Shown here: piece by piece, positions 1 to 10,800 of the stretch | Numbering within the stretch: position 1 is the stretch's first letter | Layout of the letters: every line of letters begins with the position of its first letter | DNA from: Macrostomum lignano | Lineage: Eukaryota | DNA length: 62,342 nt | Direction of reading: 5' to 3' | Assembly (NCBI GenBank): GCA_002269645.1 | Contig: NIVC01000488.1 | Location: 1 to 62,342, forward strand | The notes under the pieces: generated by a model | Database searches by the model: none | What the model saw: the letters and a program-made list of their open reading frames with translations, nothing else | What the model was told of the DNA's origin: nothing | Translations under genes and position numbers: made by a program

Positions 1-341
1 TGCGTGCTGGAGTCGCTGTAGAACCACAGAGTTGCGTCCAAAGCGCACCTGTGTCACTTTATGAATTTCGCATTTATAACAACTCTATTTAGTCTACTTG
101 AGTAGTCCAGTAGTACAACTTAACAACCGACTTAACAACCGCCTCTCCGTCGCATTAGAGTCGTTAGAATCGTAAAAAGTCACAAGAGTGAGTCGCCTAT
201 AGTCAGTTGTTCACAATGATTCTTTAGCGATTCTTGTCACGATAACGTTTCAATGGGCTGTTTCCTACAGATCTAACGAAATCAATAACCAGTCTCTATA
301 CAGCTACTTAAGAGTAGCATATACGGGTTGTTCAAACTCTG

Positions 342-3300
342 TCAATCAGTTGAAACGCCAAACGTGACAACCTGTTTGGCAATGCCGCACATGTTGAGGC
401 CCTGGCGATCTGCAGGTAGCCTGACATGCCCCAGTCGGAGCCCCAGGAGTTACGCACCAGATAGAATGGCACAATATCGCTAGTTAGATCGTAGCCAACA
501 ATCTGAACGGCGTGATTCAACTGGGTGTCGCAGTTGTGCACGATGGTGCCGTCTACGTAGTATTGCCACATGTGACCGTCCACTGCCACGGCAGCGGTGC
601 CGCGGCGCCACAGATGGTCAGGGAGGGCGTCCTCGTTCGATACCATGCTGACAAGAAGCCGGTGACACGAGTGATAGGGCTGGTAAAACTGGGTCTACCG
701 TAAAACGACAATTGACATTCTACTGTAAGTGACAATTGACTACCAGTTGAGATTTGACTGTCAGTGAAAAATAACGGAGGACATACATGTAGATTACATT
801 TAGATGGTGGCTAATGTTAATGCCATAGATGCTATATATTCATATAATCTTAAGTCTTGGTAGGTTTAGTTCAGTTAGAGGCAGGGGCTTGTGTGCACCC
901 TGGCACACTTTAAGCGACATTGTCGTCACACAACCGGCAAGAGGCATTACTGCCCATTCCGCCGACTCCCCTGAGCAGGCGCACAAGCGCGCGGATAGGT
1001 ACGCAGTCACACGCACAGGCACACACACAGGAGTGTACAGCGGCCCTAAACTTTATTTATCGTTAGGGGCATGTACACTTCACTGTGCCTTGGGGGTTGG
1101 CTCTCAAGGCTGTTAATTGCACGAGCCGAGCCAAGCCGAGATTCCAATTCAGCCCCAAATTAATGCGACTGCACTTGGAATCGAGCCTGGGCCGCTGGCA
1201 CACCAGAGCGCTGCGCCAGACCACTGGGCTACGGCCCCCGCAAGTCTTGGCAATATGTGGCTAAGGGTCACTGACAGTCAAGTATCCTCGCAGTAAAATT
1301 CTTACAATCAATATGATATTTATCGTATAATCCCATTAAAGCTTGACAATAAATTATATAAACAAAAAAGCTGTCGATCGCAACTCACTTCCGACACAGC
1401 ACATTAGTAGTGCCAACCTGATAGCCACCAGTAACCTGTCGGCAGGGCTCGTTTTTGCCAACATACGGATAGAGACTGTCTTGAACGATTCTTTTGCCAC
1501 CTCCCTGCTGATGAAAGCAAAATAGAAATGTCAGATTAAGCGTCTGAATGTTTATAGATGAATCAGCTGTTTTCGAGTTTTTGTTTAGTAATTGAAAGAG
1601 CTTGATTGTGTCATTCAATTTTAAACTTGTTTAATAAAAATCACAACAATGCAGTCGTAATGGATCTTGTACAAGATTCAGTTTAGACTACTGAGAGAAG
1701 TAGACGAATAAAAATGCGTATCGTAAAATCTCGCACATAACTAGAAATGATTCACTGACGAAGGCAAACAAGTCAAAAGTCAGGTCTCAGTCTGCCTGCA
1801 CGAGGTTCGACCCCCCCCCGCTTTTAGTGTGTCACTGTTCGCTTTCACAAACTCGAAATTTCATATTTCATCGAATTGGGCAAAAGCTCGAAACTTTACA
1901 CCAATAAAATTGACTAAATCAGAAAACTCCTCGTCCTGGACGATGTGAAACTTCGAGCTTGTGAAATTAAAGTTTATACAAAGTTTATATCGCTACTCAC
2001 TGAGTAGTATGAAGCGGTGTGACAGATATCGCCGCCGCCGCAGCCGGCGGAACCAGACGTACAATCTGTCACCTGTTGCACGCTTAAATCGGTTAGCGGG
2101 CCGTAAGCTCCGGCGGCAAATTCGCTCTCGGCCACTTCAGTAACTGCGAATGCCCAGCAGGCACCGCAGGCGCCCTGATTCTTCACTTTGGTCACGTCTT
2201 TAGAGTCGCGCCTGAGTACCATTTATTTGAGAAATACACGAAGAAGGACACGTACAATAATTACTATTTAATTTGTTATTCATAGTAATCGGATTTTAAT
2301 TAAAACTACATAACCTATAAAAATCCCACATCGCTAATCGGGATTTTCGATATTAACTGGATAGCGAAAAATTCTGCCTTAAATTCAAAGATTTGAATGT
2401 TTACGAATCAAAAAGGATCGCGGTGATCGTGAAGTAAGCGGACTTTTTAATGGCCTACACTTTGCAAGCACTTCAGGGGTTATTCGATTTGAAATTGTTG
2501 GCCCAACACGGTCGATAAAATTGGGGTTGGTAAAGAGCAGACAGATTGAATTAGCGGGCTTGCTTTCGATTAACAAACGCTTAGCCCCAGTAGTCCCTTC
2601 CCACCATTCTAAGCCCCCCTCGACCAGCCCCCCCCCCCCACAGAGCTGTAGCTATTAGCTGTTTTTTACTACACTCATATTCTGCCCGGCGCGTGTGGTG
2701 GGGGTGGGCGTGGCTGGGCGTGTGAGATTATCGATTTTTCTGGGTCACCGCTAAAATCAACAAACGTTTGGGTTTATCGCTGATTCTTCTAGCCAATAAC
2801 CAAGGCCCTTACCAAAATTTAAAAAATGTTTGTTTAGTAGGACCAATAAGGCTGTACTCGTAACTATAAAGCTGTACTATGATTGGCTGTTACAATTAGT
2901 CAACAAGAATTGCTCGCCGCTTTTAGGCTCTGTAACGTAACTTTGTAATTCCAAAATTGAGAAAATAACCTAAAATATAGGATTTAATAAACTTACCAAT
3001 CAATGCGATTCGGACGGGCTTCAAATGAGAGCACATCGGGCGAAACAAAATCGGATCTCTTTTTACGCAATCCGTCGATCTTGGGCTCCGTTCCCTCGTT
3101 ATTGACCTTTGTAGCACTGGCATTCACAATCAGAGACGATAGGTAGCGCTCTAAATAATACAATAAAGAAATGACGCAGACTACTGATTTTATATATAAC
3201 TCATAACAAACATTTCTAATGCATTTGACAATATTGGATGCACATGAAATAAAAATAAAAATTTTACAAGCTCATTATAAATATCAAAGTGATTTGGAAG

Positions 3301-4191
3301 AGTTATAATTGACAATTACATTTAGTCGAAATGACGAAATTCTATAGATTATTACTTCACTCAATGATATTGAATTGCGTTACAGTTAATATTCCTGCAA
3401 CAGAATTTATAGGAGCAATCGATACTTTTAAGCTATAAGAAATTTATTCTCAGTGCAGAGATTTGCTGGCAAGAAGGCAATCACATAGCAGGTTTGAACT
3501 GTGCTTTTTTATAATCAGAAGAAATATATTGATCGCGAGTCAGTCAATAAATTCATCAGCAGGTACGTAGCAGCAAGCTTGATGCTTAAATCTAATTACC
3601 GCGAAATTCAGTTGGGCTTAGATGCATAAACTTGGTAATGCCATATCTAGCGGCGCCTTTGATGCCGCCACTGGGCTCTTTGCCCAATAGGCGAGCCTCT
3701 ATGAGAGTAGCCACTGTTTGCAAATTTTCCTGTTTTAGTAATAAAAAGTGCCATCTAGTCAGTCATAAATTAAAGATCCAGATAAGGTAAAAACAGATAA
3801 AAAGGGTCCATTTAAAAGAAGTTACAAGACAATTAAATTTAATTACCCAAAATATCTGCTGGCGTTTAGATAGGCCACTAGCTAGGCCATCGGCGGCGTC
3901 AATCTTCGCGCCCAAATCGATGTACTTTTTGAATAAACACGCCGCCACGCCGTGCGACAAGCAGCGCCTACCCAGGCCTAATTTAGTGCACCAACCAATT
4001 AACTGATACAGATGATCGTTTAAAGGCAGGCTAGCGTTGCAAATACCGGCATGAAACTGACGACTATTTTCCTCTGTGAGATGCTCATTATCAATTCCGA
4101 AGAGTCTTCTGTGCCTGCTGGCAGTGACTCCAGAATGACACAAAAATACGATAATTAGTGCGAGTAATAGATTTCTTTGCTGCCAGGCCAT
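342..4191 (-). CDS. Papain-family (C1A) cysteine protease, cathepsin O/F-like, 6 exons
   Basis: Exons 4191-3847, 3729-3600, 3150-2997, 2211-2001, 1507-1389 and 647-342, all GT-AG and phase-compatible. Signal peptide MAWQQRNLLLALIIVFLCHSGVTA; I29 propeptide motifs RQQIFWEN and YGITKFMHLSPTEF; mature domain [33 protein letters not shown] and RNSWGSDWG (Q, C, H, N catalytic residues intact). The canonical C-terminus ARGLNMCGIAKQVVTFGVSTD* needs one extra G at 400-402. Confidence 0.9.
1110..1239 (-). mobile_element. tRNA-derived SINE-like copy in a cathepsin intron
   Basis: Minus strand reads GGGGGCCGTAGCCCAGTGG (Pol III A box) ... GGCTCGATTCCA (B box, 1 mismatch) over 1239-1176, then an unrelated tail. 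No clean cloverleaf, so not called a tRNA gene. Confidence 0.5.
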
Positions 4192-4702
4192 GAATAGTTG
4201 GCTGAAAAAGATTTAACAGTATTCGATATTTTTCGATACTTCGCAAAACAAAAATCCGTTAGAAAAAAGAAACTTTAAAAACTTAACTATTTAATTTTGA
4301 CACTACTGGCTACTGCCCCTCCATCTAGTCTTGAATAGAACAAGTTTATCATCAGGTATAAGTGCACCCACACCAGTCGCTTAACCGAAATAAATCAAAC
4401 CGAATCAGCCGAACCAAGCCCAAACCCAAGCCATAGAAAAAATCGATTCATTTGCTATTCTTATTAAAATAGAGACGTTGGTGATGGGGGCGGGTCGCAG
4501 CTGTGCAGGCGCTTAAGTGGGATTGGCTGAACTATCGATTTAAATAATTTTGTTTTTTAACTTGGAAGGGTGGGAGGGGCTGAGGGGTGATTTGAGGTGT
4601 TAAGTAACCACGACCATAGACACTTAAGCGAAGACAGGGTGCACTGAATGTATATAAGCTGTTATTTCCCTTCCTAAATCATTTTCTTTACCCCCCCCGC
4701 AG
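4192..4702. promoter_or_regulatory. Short head-to-head region between cathepsin and CPEB (candidate bidirectional promoter), ending in a strong 3' splice acceptor
   Basis: Divergent start codons at 4191 (-) and 4806 (+). Polypyrimidine tract plus AG (ttttctttaccccccccgcag) ends at 4702, upstream of the CPEB ATG. Confidence 0.45.
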
Positions 4703-4805
4703 TTTGACTAGAAGAGAGACTTAACGCCTTAACAGCCTAAAGCTTCTGGCTCAAGCTCAGTTCTTTTCTTCACTGAAAACAAACAAAAAACAAAGTCCAA
4801 AAAGG

Positions 4806-6173
4806 ATGAACGGCCAACAGCCTTACTTTCCGACGCAGCTAGGAAACGTTGGATTTGCGGACTTGGCAGCGTATCAATATCTGCCGGCTGCCTACCTCGC
4901 CCATCTGCCACAGCCGACTCTGCTGCCTGCAACACTACCAACGTCACAGGTGCCGCCGTCACAGTCAGCGCCAACACCAATCTATACGGGCAACGACTTT
5001 GGCAGCAATCAAATCACTTCAATCGCTCCAACGACGCAGACAAAAAATGAAACTCGTCTTCCAACATCAGAGGATGAAAATTCTGCCGGAGCCGCTGCCG
5101 CCACAAATTCTAACTGGTCGGTCGACGAACTGGTTAATCAGCTACTTGCGTCGGTTGATCCTGGGGCTTGGTCATCATGGGGTCTCAATCCCGAGAACAG
5201 TCTAAGCGGCGCTGGTGACGGCTTTAGTAGCGCTACTACGGAGATTCAAACCTCTAGTGAAAACAGCGCCACGAGCTTTGATAGCGGCCACAATGGAACA
5301 AACCGTGCTCGCAGACCGAAGCCAACACCTAATAGAAGCGAAAAAGAAGCTGTTTGGACTGGCACTATGCCAGTTCGCGTTTACAAGAATGCTAGATTCT
5401 CGCAAAAGGTATTTGTCGGCGGCCTACCGTTGATGGCTAAACCTGGCGAATTACAGAAGGCCTTCAGCGCCCTCGGTAGCACTCGAGTTATTTTGCCGAA
5501 AACAAAGAGTCCAACGGGAAGCAACCAGATCTACGGCTATTGCCACATCGTTCTTAAGGATGGCAAGTATGTCAAGAGGCTTCTGAGCCGGTGCCAGAAG
5601 AACGTCGACAATCCTGACGATTCTATCATGATGATAGTGCAGAGCTACGAATACTTCTATGAGCTGCAGCTCAGCAACGTCAAGAAGAACGTTCAGATCA
5701 TACCTTGGTGCATCAATGATTCTCACTACACCCACCAGATGAACAGCGGCGGTGAAAAGCACGTTGTCTTTGTCGGCGCGCTGCACGGCATCATGACGGC
5801 GGAGTTCCTTGGGCGCGTGATGTCCGACCTATTTGGAAACATTGAGTTCGTCACGTTGGACACAGACCGTTGCGATTATCCGATCGGCAGCGCTAGAGTG
5901 GGCTTCACCAGCCGCGAGTCCTACATGAAAGCGCTGAAGACGAACTTTGTTAAGATCAAGACCAGCCGTTTCACCAAGGTTGTGCAAATCGAGCCCTACT
6001 TGGAGGACTGCGCCTGCTCCATGTGCGCTCAACGCATCGGTGTCAACTTCTGCAAGTCTGAGATGTGCTTCCGCTACTATTGCGCTCAGTGCTGGGAGCG
6101 CGTACACGACGGCCTGGACAGCCATAGCATGCTGGAGCACCAGAAGCTGAACAAGAAACGTCAGGAAGAGTAG
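4806..6173 (+). CDS. CPEB1: Cytoplasmic polyadenylation element-binding protein, CPEB1/Orb type (2 RRM + ZZ zinc domain), intronless CDS
   Basis: 455-aa ORF with RFSQKVFVGGLP, VQIIPW, VFVGALHG and DTDRCDYPIGSARVGF, and C-terminal C/H ligands CACSMC..FC..MCFRYYC.QCWERVH...H. The FVGALHG motif is characteristic of the CPEB1 subgroup. Confidence 0.92.
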   Translation: MNGQQPYFPTQLGNVGFADLAAYQYLPAAYLAHLPQPTLLPATLPTSQVPPSQSAPTPIYTGNDFGSNQITSIAPTTQTKNETRLPTSEDENSAGAAAATNSNWSVDELVNQLLASVDPGAWSSWGLNPENSLSGAGDGFSSATTEIQTSSENSATSFDSGHNGTNRARRPKPTPNRSEKEAVWTGTMPVRVYKNARFSQKVFVGGLPLMAKPGELQKAFSALGSTRVILPKTKSPTGSNQIYGYCHIVLKDGKYVKRLLSRCQKNVDNPDDSIMMIVQSYEYFYELQLSNVKKNVQIIPWCINDSHYTHQMNSGGEKHVVFVGALHGIMTAEFLGRVMSDLFGNIEFVTLDTDRCDYPIGSARVGFTSRESYMKALKTNFVKIKTSRFTKVVQIEPYLEDCACSMCAQRIGVNFCKSEMCFRYYCAQCWERVHDGLDSHSMLEHQKLNKKRQEE

Positions 6174-7887
6174 AGAGCAAAGACGTAAGCAGCGAAGTTT
6201 GAAGGGGCTGAAACTTGCTAAGGGTTCACTAATTATCAACCTTGATTCAAACGCTGTTGCTGAAAAACTCGAAAGCTTTTTCTGAAATAGTTCCGGCATC
6301 TTTTTAACTATTTAAAAATGTTTTTAGACGAATGCGGTTATTTATATAGCACATTCTATACTCTATAGTAGCAACTACTACAGGCTCAGTAGGAAAATTT
6401 ATTGTCATTTTTAAAGTTTTCTTATTAGCCTTCTTAACCAAAAGCACCCTTTATAAAGATGTTAGCACTCCGAAAAATAGTTTTATGCCAAATTAAAGTA
6501 AAAATCCCAACTAAAATATTTTATCCTCATTCTCATGTTTTCTGCTTAAGCCTATTATTTGCAGTTATGGTTTAACGACAAGCAAGCAGGTTTTATCCTA
6601 TTAAACATTGTGCGCCAACATTTGTTAAACGTATTGCTTTTCACGTGCTTATTCTATGCTAAATTAACCATTTTTTTATAATTTATTAATCTGTTACGCA
6701 CCAGATGTGCTTTTTTCAGTACCAAACCATCTTTATTATTTTTTTCTTACTCGCCCTAGATTCGACTGCCTAAACATTGCTGTTATCCGTTTGTTGCTAA
6801 TAATTTTAATCGGTAGAATATTGTTTTTTTCTGCATATTTTAGTTTTACCAACGCAAAATTGTCATTTGTCTAAAGTTTTTATTAATATTTGCTAAATGT
6901 TTTACCGGAAGCCAAAAATAGTCTGTTTTTACTAGATTTTCCACCCCTGTTTAGCAAAGCTTCAATGATTTTTTGATGTTTCTGCCAGAATTTATTGATA
7001 ATTCTAAATTAATATAAACTAACAACAAAATCGCCTAAGCTTCAAGTTTCGTTTCTAATCAGAAGCAAAATTGTCTGTTACTCAGTTTCTGTTTCGAAGA
7101 TAAAATAAAAAAAACGAAACACCTTGGGTTAATCATTTTTTATTCAAAAACCAATTGATTTGGTTGATAGCGAGAAACCTCATTCAATATTATTGAACAA
7201 TCAAGTGAAACAGAAATGAACAATCAACCAGATTAAATAAGCGCAGGTAGGTAGCGAAGTTTTACAATTTGGGTAGCCGTGATTAGATTTCTTGGGCAGA
7301 CTGCGACCAGAAGAAATGCAGAAGTTGAGCACAACAACTCAATCATTAAAAGCACTTTTAAATGGGACCGGAAAATGTTTCAAAAGCCAGTTGCTTTCAG
7401 AAAATGCAATAGAAAGGTTTTTCATTTTAAAACACTACGAGACAATTACTAGACAGATTTTACCGATTTCAATTTAATCCATGTAATTACGTCACAACTG
7501 CTTTTTATCTCCGTTGTGCATTTCATCCCAGCGAAGGCTGAGGTGCCGGATTTTTAAGAATAGGCGGAGAGACAATTAAGACCAGCGTAATTGGGGTGGT
7601 GGGTTTGGGTGTACATTGGCTGTGTACATTCGCGATAAGGTATAATAAACAATTAACGGACTAGATCTCTCTGCTCTGCAAGGGTTGAGAATAACGCTAG
7701 CGGAGTCAGGGGCTTAGCCAGGATTTTCGATTAGGTCTTTGAAGGGCTGGACATTCATTTAAACAAACGTAAATAATGATGGATTTTCAATAAAAAACTG
7801 GATTTCTATCGCATTTTCCAACCTTCAATCCAAAATTAGAAGTTTTTAAGCATTCTCTATTTTAGTTACTATAAGAAGTGAGGCTGC

Positions 7888-10800
7888 TCAATTAGCAGCG
7901 AACCTGCTGTTATCCAAGCAGGTGGACAGACTAAACAGTCGCAATCGATTTTCAACATTCTGATCGGTCTCGTCTTCGCTGTAAGTTGACGAACTGGACG
8001 AACTGGCGTCAGCTAGCATTGAACGGATGTGGCGCTGGCCGGAACAGGTGGCCAGAACCGGACAGGTGGGACTGAGCGACACCGTGTTGCAAGCGTCGGC
8101 GTGCGCCTGCCATTCGGCGCAATAGTTGATCTCGCAATTGGTCGGCGCTGGCGGAGTCTTCAAATCGAATACCCGAACTCGGCCAGTGTAGCAGGGGCTG
8201 AGCAGGTAGCGGCCGCCCGGATCCAGATCGAACTGCAGCCGCTGATTGGTGGCCACAACCCGGCGCATTGTGGCCAGGATCACTCCGGGACGCCGGACAT
8301 CCCAGCAGTGAATCTCGGGATCTTTGCGGCCGCCGCTGTATAGCAGATTGCCGCACGGCGAGAACTGCAGCTGGGTGACGCCGCCGAGCTGCGTGTGCGA
8401 GCGACACCAGAGCGGTTGGTGTTTGAGCATCGCATTGTGTCTTTCCGAATCCCGAATCCCTTTTCCCTATTTTTCTGCCCAGATCCCCAAATTTGTTTAA
8501 TTCTCTTGCTAGGATATCTATACTTAAACTCGTTTCATTTTTCTAGCCCTAGATCCAGATTCCAGATCCTCAAATTCAAATATCAAATTTCCCATTCCAA
8601 ATCCTCAAATCCCATTTCCCATTCCAGATCCTCAAATCCCATTTCTCATTCCAGATCCTCAAATCCCATTTCCCATTCCAGATCCTCAAATCCCATTTCT
8701 CATTCCAGATCCTCAAATCCCATTTCCCATTCCACATCCTCAAATCCAATTTCCCGATTCTTCAGTCCAGATCCCGAAATCCTAAAATCCTCAATTTTCT
8801 GATCCCTACCCAGAGACCATAGAAATCCCCATTGGATTCGATCCCCGCACTGACCTGGCCCCGCATGCAGGCCAGCATAGAGCCGGGCTCGGCAAACAGG
8901 CACACGGTGCGGTTGTAGCTGCCGCAGGCGTACACCCCAGGCCTGGCAGGGGTGCAGGCCAGAGCGGCGATGATGCCGCCTTGGCTTGGCTTCACACCGA
9001 TCCGAGGCCGCCGCTCCGACTGCTTGCCCGGGCGGTGGATGTCGAACACGCGCAAATGTCGCTCGAAGCCGCAGTAGAGCCGGCTACCGTCGGGGCTGAA
9101 CGCCAGGCTGTAGGGCGCCTGGAGTGGATCAGTTTTTAGGGAGAATAGTATCTGCTATGAGAGCTCATACGCTATGACTCCTATGAGATCTCACCATACG
9201 CGGTGGGAACTCACTCAAATGCCATGAGATCTCACCATACGCGGTGGGAACTCACTCAAATGCCATGAGATCTCACCATACGCGGTGGGAACTCACTCAA
9301 ATGCCATGAGATCTCACCATACGCGGTGGGAACTCACTCAAATGCCATGAGATGTCACCATACGCCGTGGGAACTCACTCAAATGCCATGAGATCTCACC
9401 ATACGCGGTGGGAACTCATTCAAATGCCATGAGATCTCACCATACGCGGTGGGAACTCATTAAAATGCTATGAGATCTTATCATACGCTATGGTATCTTC
9501 TTCAATTTCATTACATTAGATCTTACCTGATGTCATGAGATCTCAGCCTGTGCCGAGATCTCAACCATAAAACAATATATTGGTTTGAGTCCGACACGAA
9601 TACCGTAAGATCCTTAGAAAAAGAAATGGAATCACCCATGCCATGAGAACCCATCATAAGCTATGAGATCTTATTCCATGCCACAGAACCAGGGACCCAA
9701 TTCCAGAGAGATCTCTCACTCTATGCAGAATCTCACCTGCAGCTCGTCCAGATGATTATAAGGCGCATACTGCGCCCTCTGCTGGCCAGTGAAGGCGTCC
9801 CACAGTCGGACAGGATTGTCTCTGGAGCAAGCGGCGAAACAGCAGGTGTCCGGATCGGCCGAATTCATGCTGGGATACCTGCGATTGTTGGGCGCATTGG
9901 CGGATAAAGGGGGCTCGATGGTGTTGTAAGCAGTCAAAGTTTTCAGAGGCAATTTTCTGGGAAAGCGATTCTCTGAGGGGGCGATTCTCTGAGGGGGAGG
10001 GGGCGATTCTCTGAGGGGGGGCGATTCTCTGGGGGGGGGCGATTCTCTGAGGGGGGGCGATTTTCTGAGGGGGGGGAGGCGATTCTCTGAGGGGGAGGGG
10101 GCGATTCTCTGAGGGGGGGGGGGCGATTCTCTGGGGGGGCGATTCTCTGAGGGGGGGGGCGATTCTCTGAGGGGGAGGGGGCGATTCTCTGAGGGGGGGC
10201 GATTCTCTGGGGGGGGGCGATTCTCTGGGGGGGGGGCGATTATCTGAGGGGGGATTCTCTGAGGGGGGGGCGATTCTCTGAGGGGGGATTCTCTGAGGGG
10301 GGGGGGCGATTCTCTGGGGGGGCGCGATTCTCTGAGGGGGGGGGCGATTCTCTGGGGGGGGGGCGATTCTCTCAGGGGGGGCGATTCTCTGGGGGGGCGA
10401 TTCTCTGGGGGGGGCGATTCTCTGAGGGGGGCGATTCTCTGGGGGGGCGATTCTCTGGGGGGGGGCGATTCTCTGAGGGGGAGGGGGCGATTCTCTGAGG
10501 GGGGGGGCGATTCTCTAAGAGACGATTCTTGAGAGGTGATTCTCTGAAGGGGGGGGGCGATTCTTTGCAAGGCGATTCTCTGAGAGGGCGAGAATCTGAG
10601 GGGAGGGCGATTCTTGAGAGGTGATTTTCTGAAGGTGGGGGCGATTCTTCGAAAAATATTCAAGATTCAATTTATTGAGAAGCGATTCTTCTAGAGGCGA
10701 TTCTTAAACGAGTATTTCAGGGGTAATTCTTCCATTGCAGATTTGTCAAACCTACCAGCACATATCGTAGATCAGATCAGACTCGGGCATGTTCACCACA

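Noticed and set aside
1176-1239. tRNA gene
   Set aside because: A and B boxes are present, but the acceptor and anticodon stems do not pair properly; treated as a SINE head.
342-4191. Pseudogene status for cathepsin, WRAP53 and ITPR
   Set aside because: Each has a single -1 indel in a G/C run, with all other exons, splice sites and catalytic motifs intact; sequencing error is more parsimonious.
9183-9490. CRISPR-like array (41-bp repeats with a hairpin)
   Set aside because: Units are head-to-tail with no unique spacers, lie inside a eukaryotic intron, and no cas genes are present.
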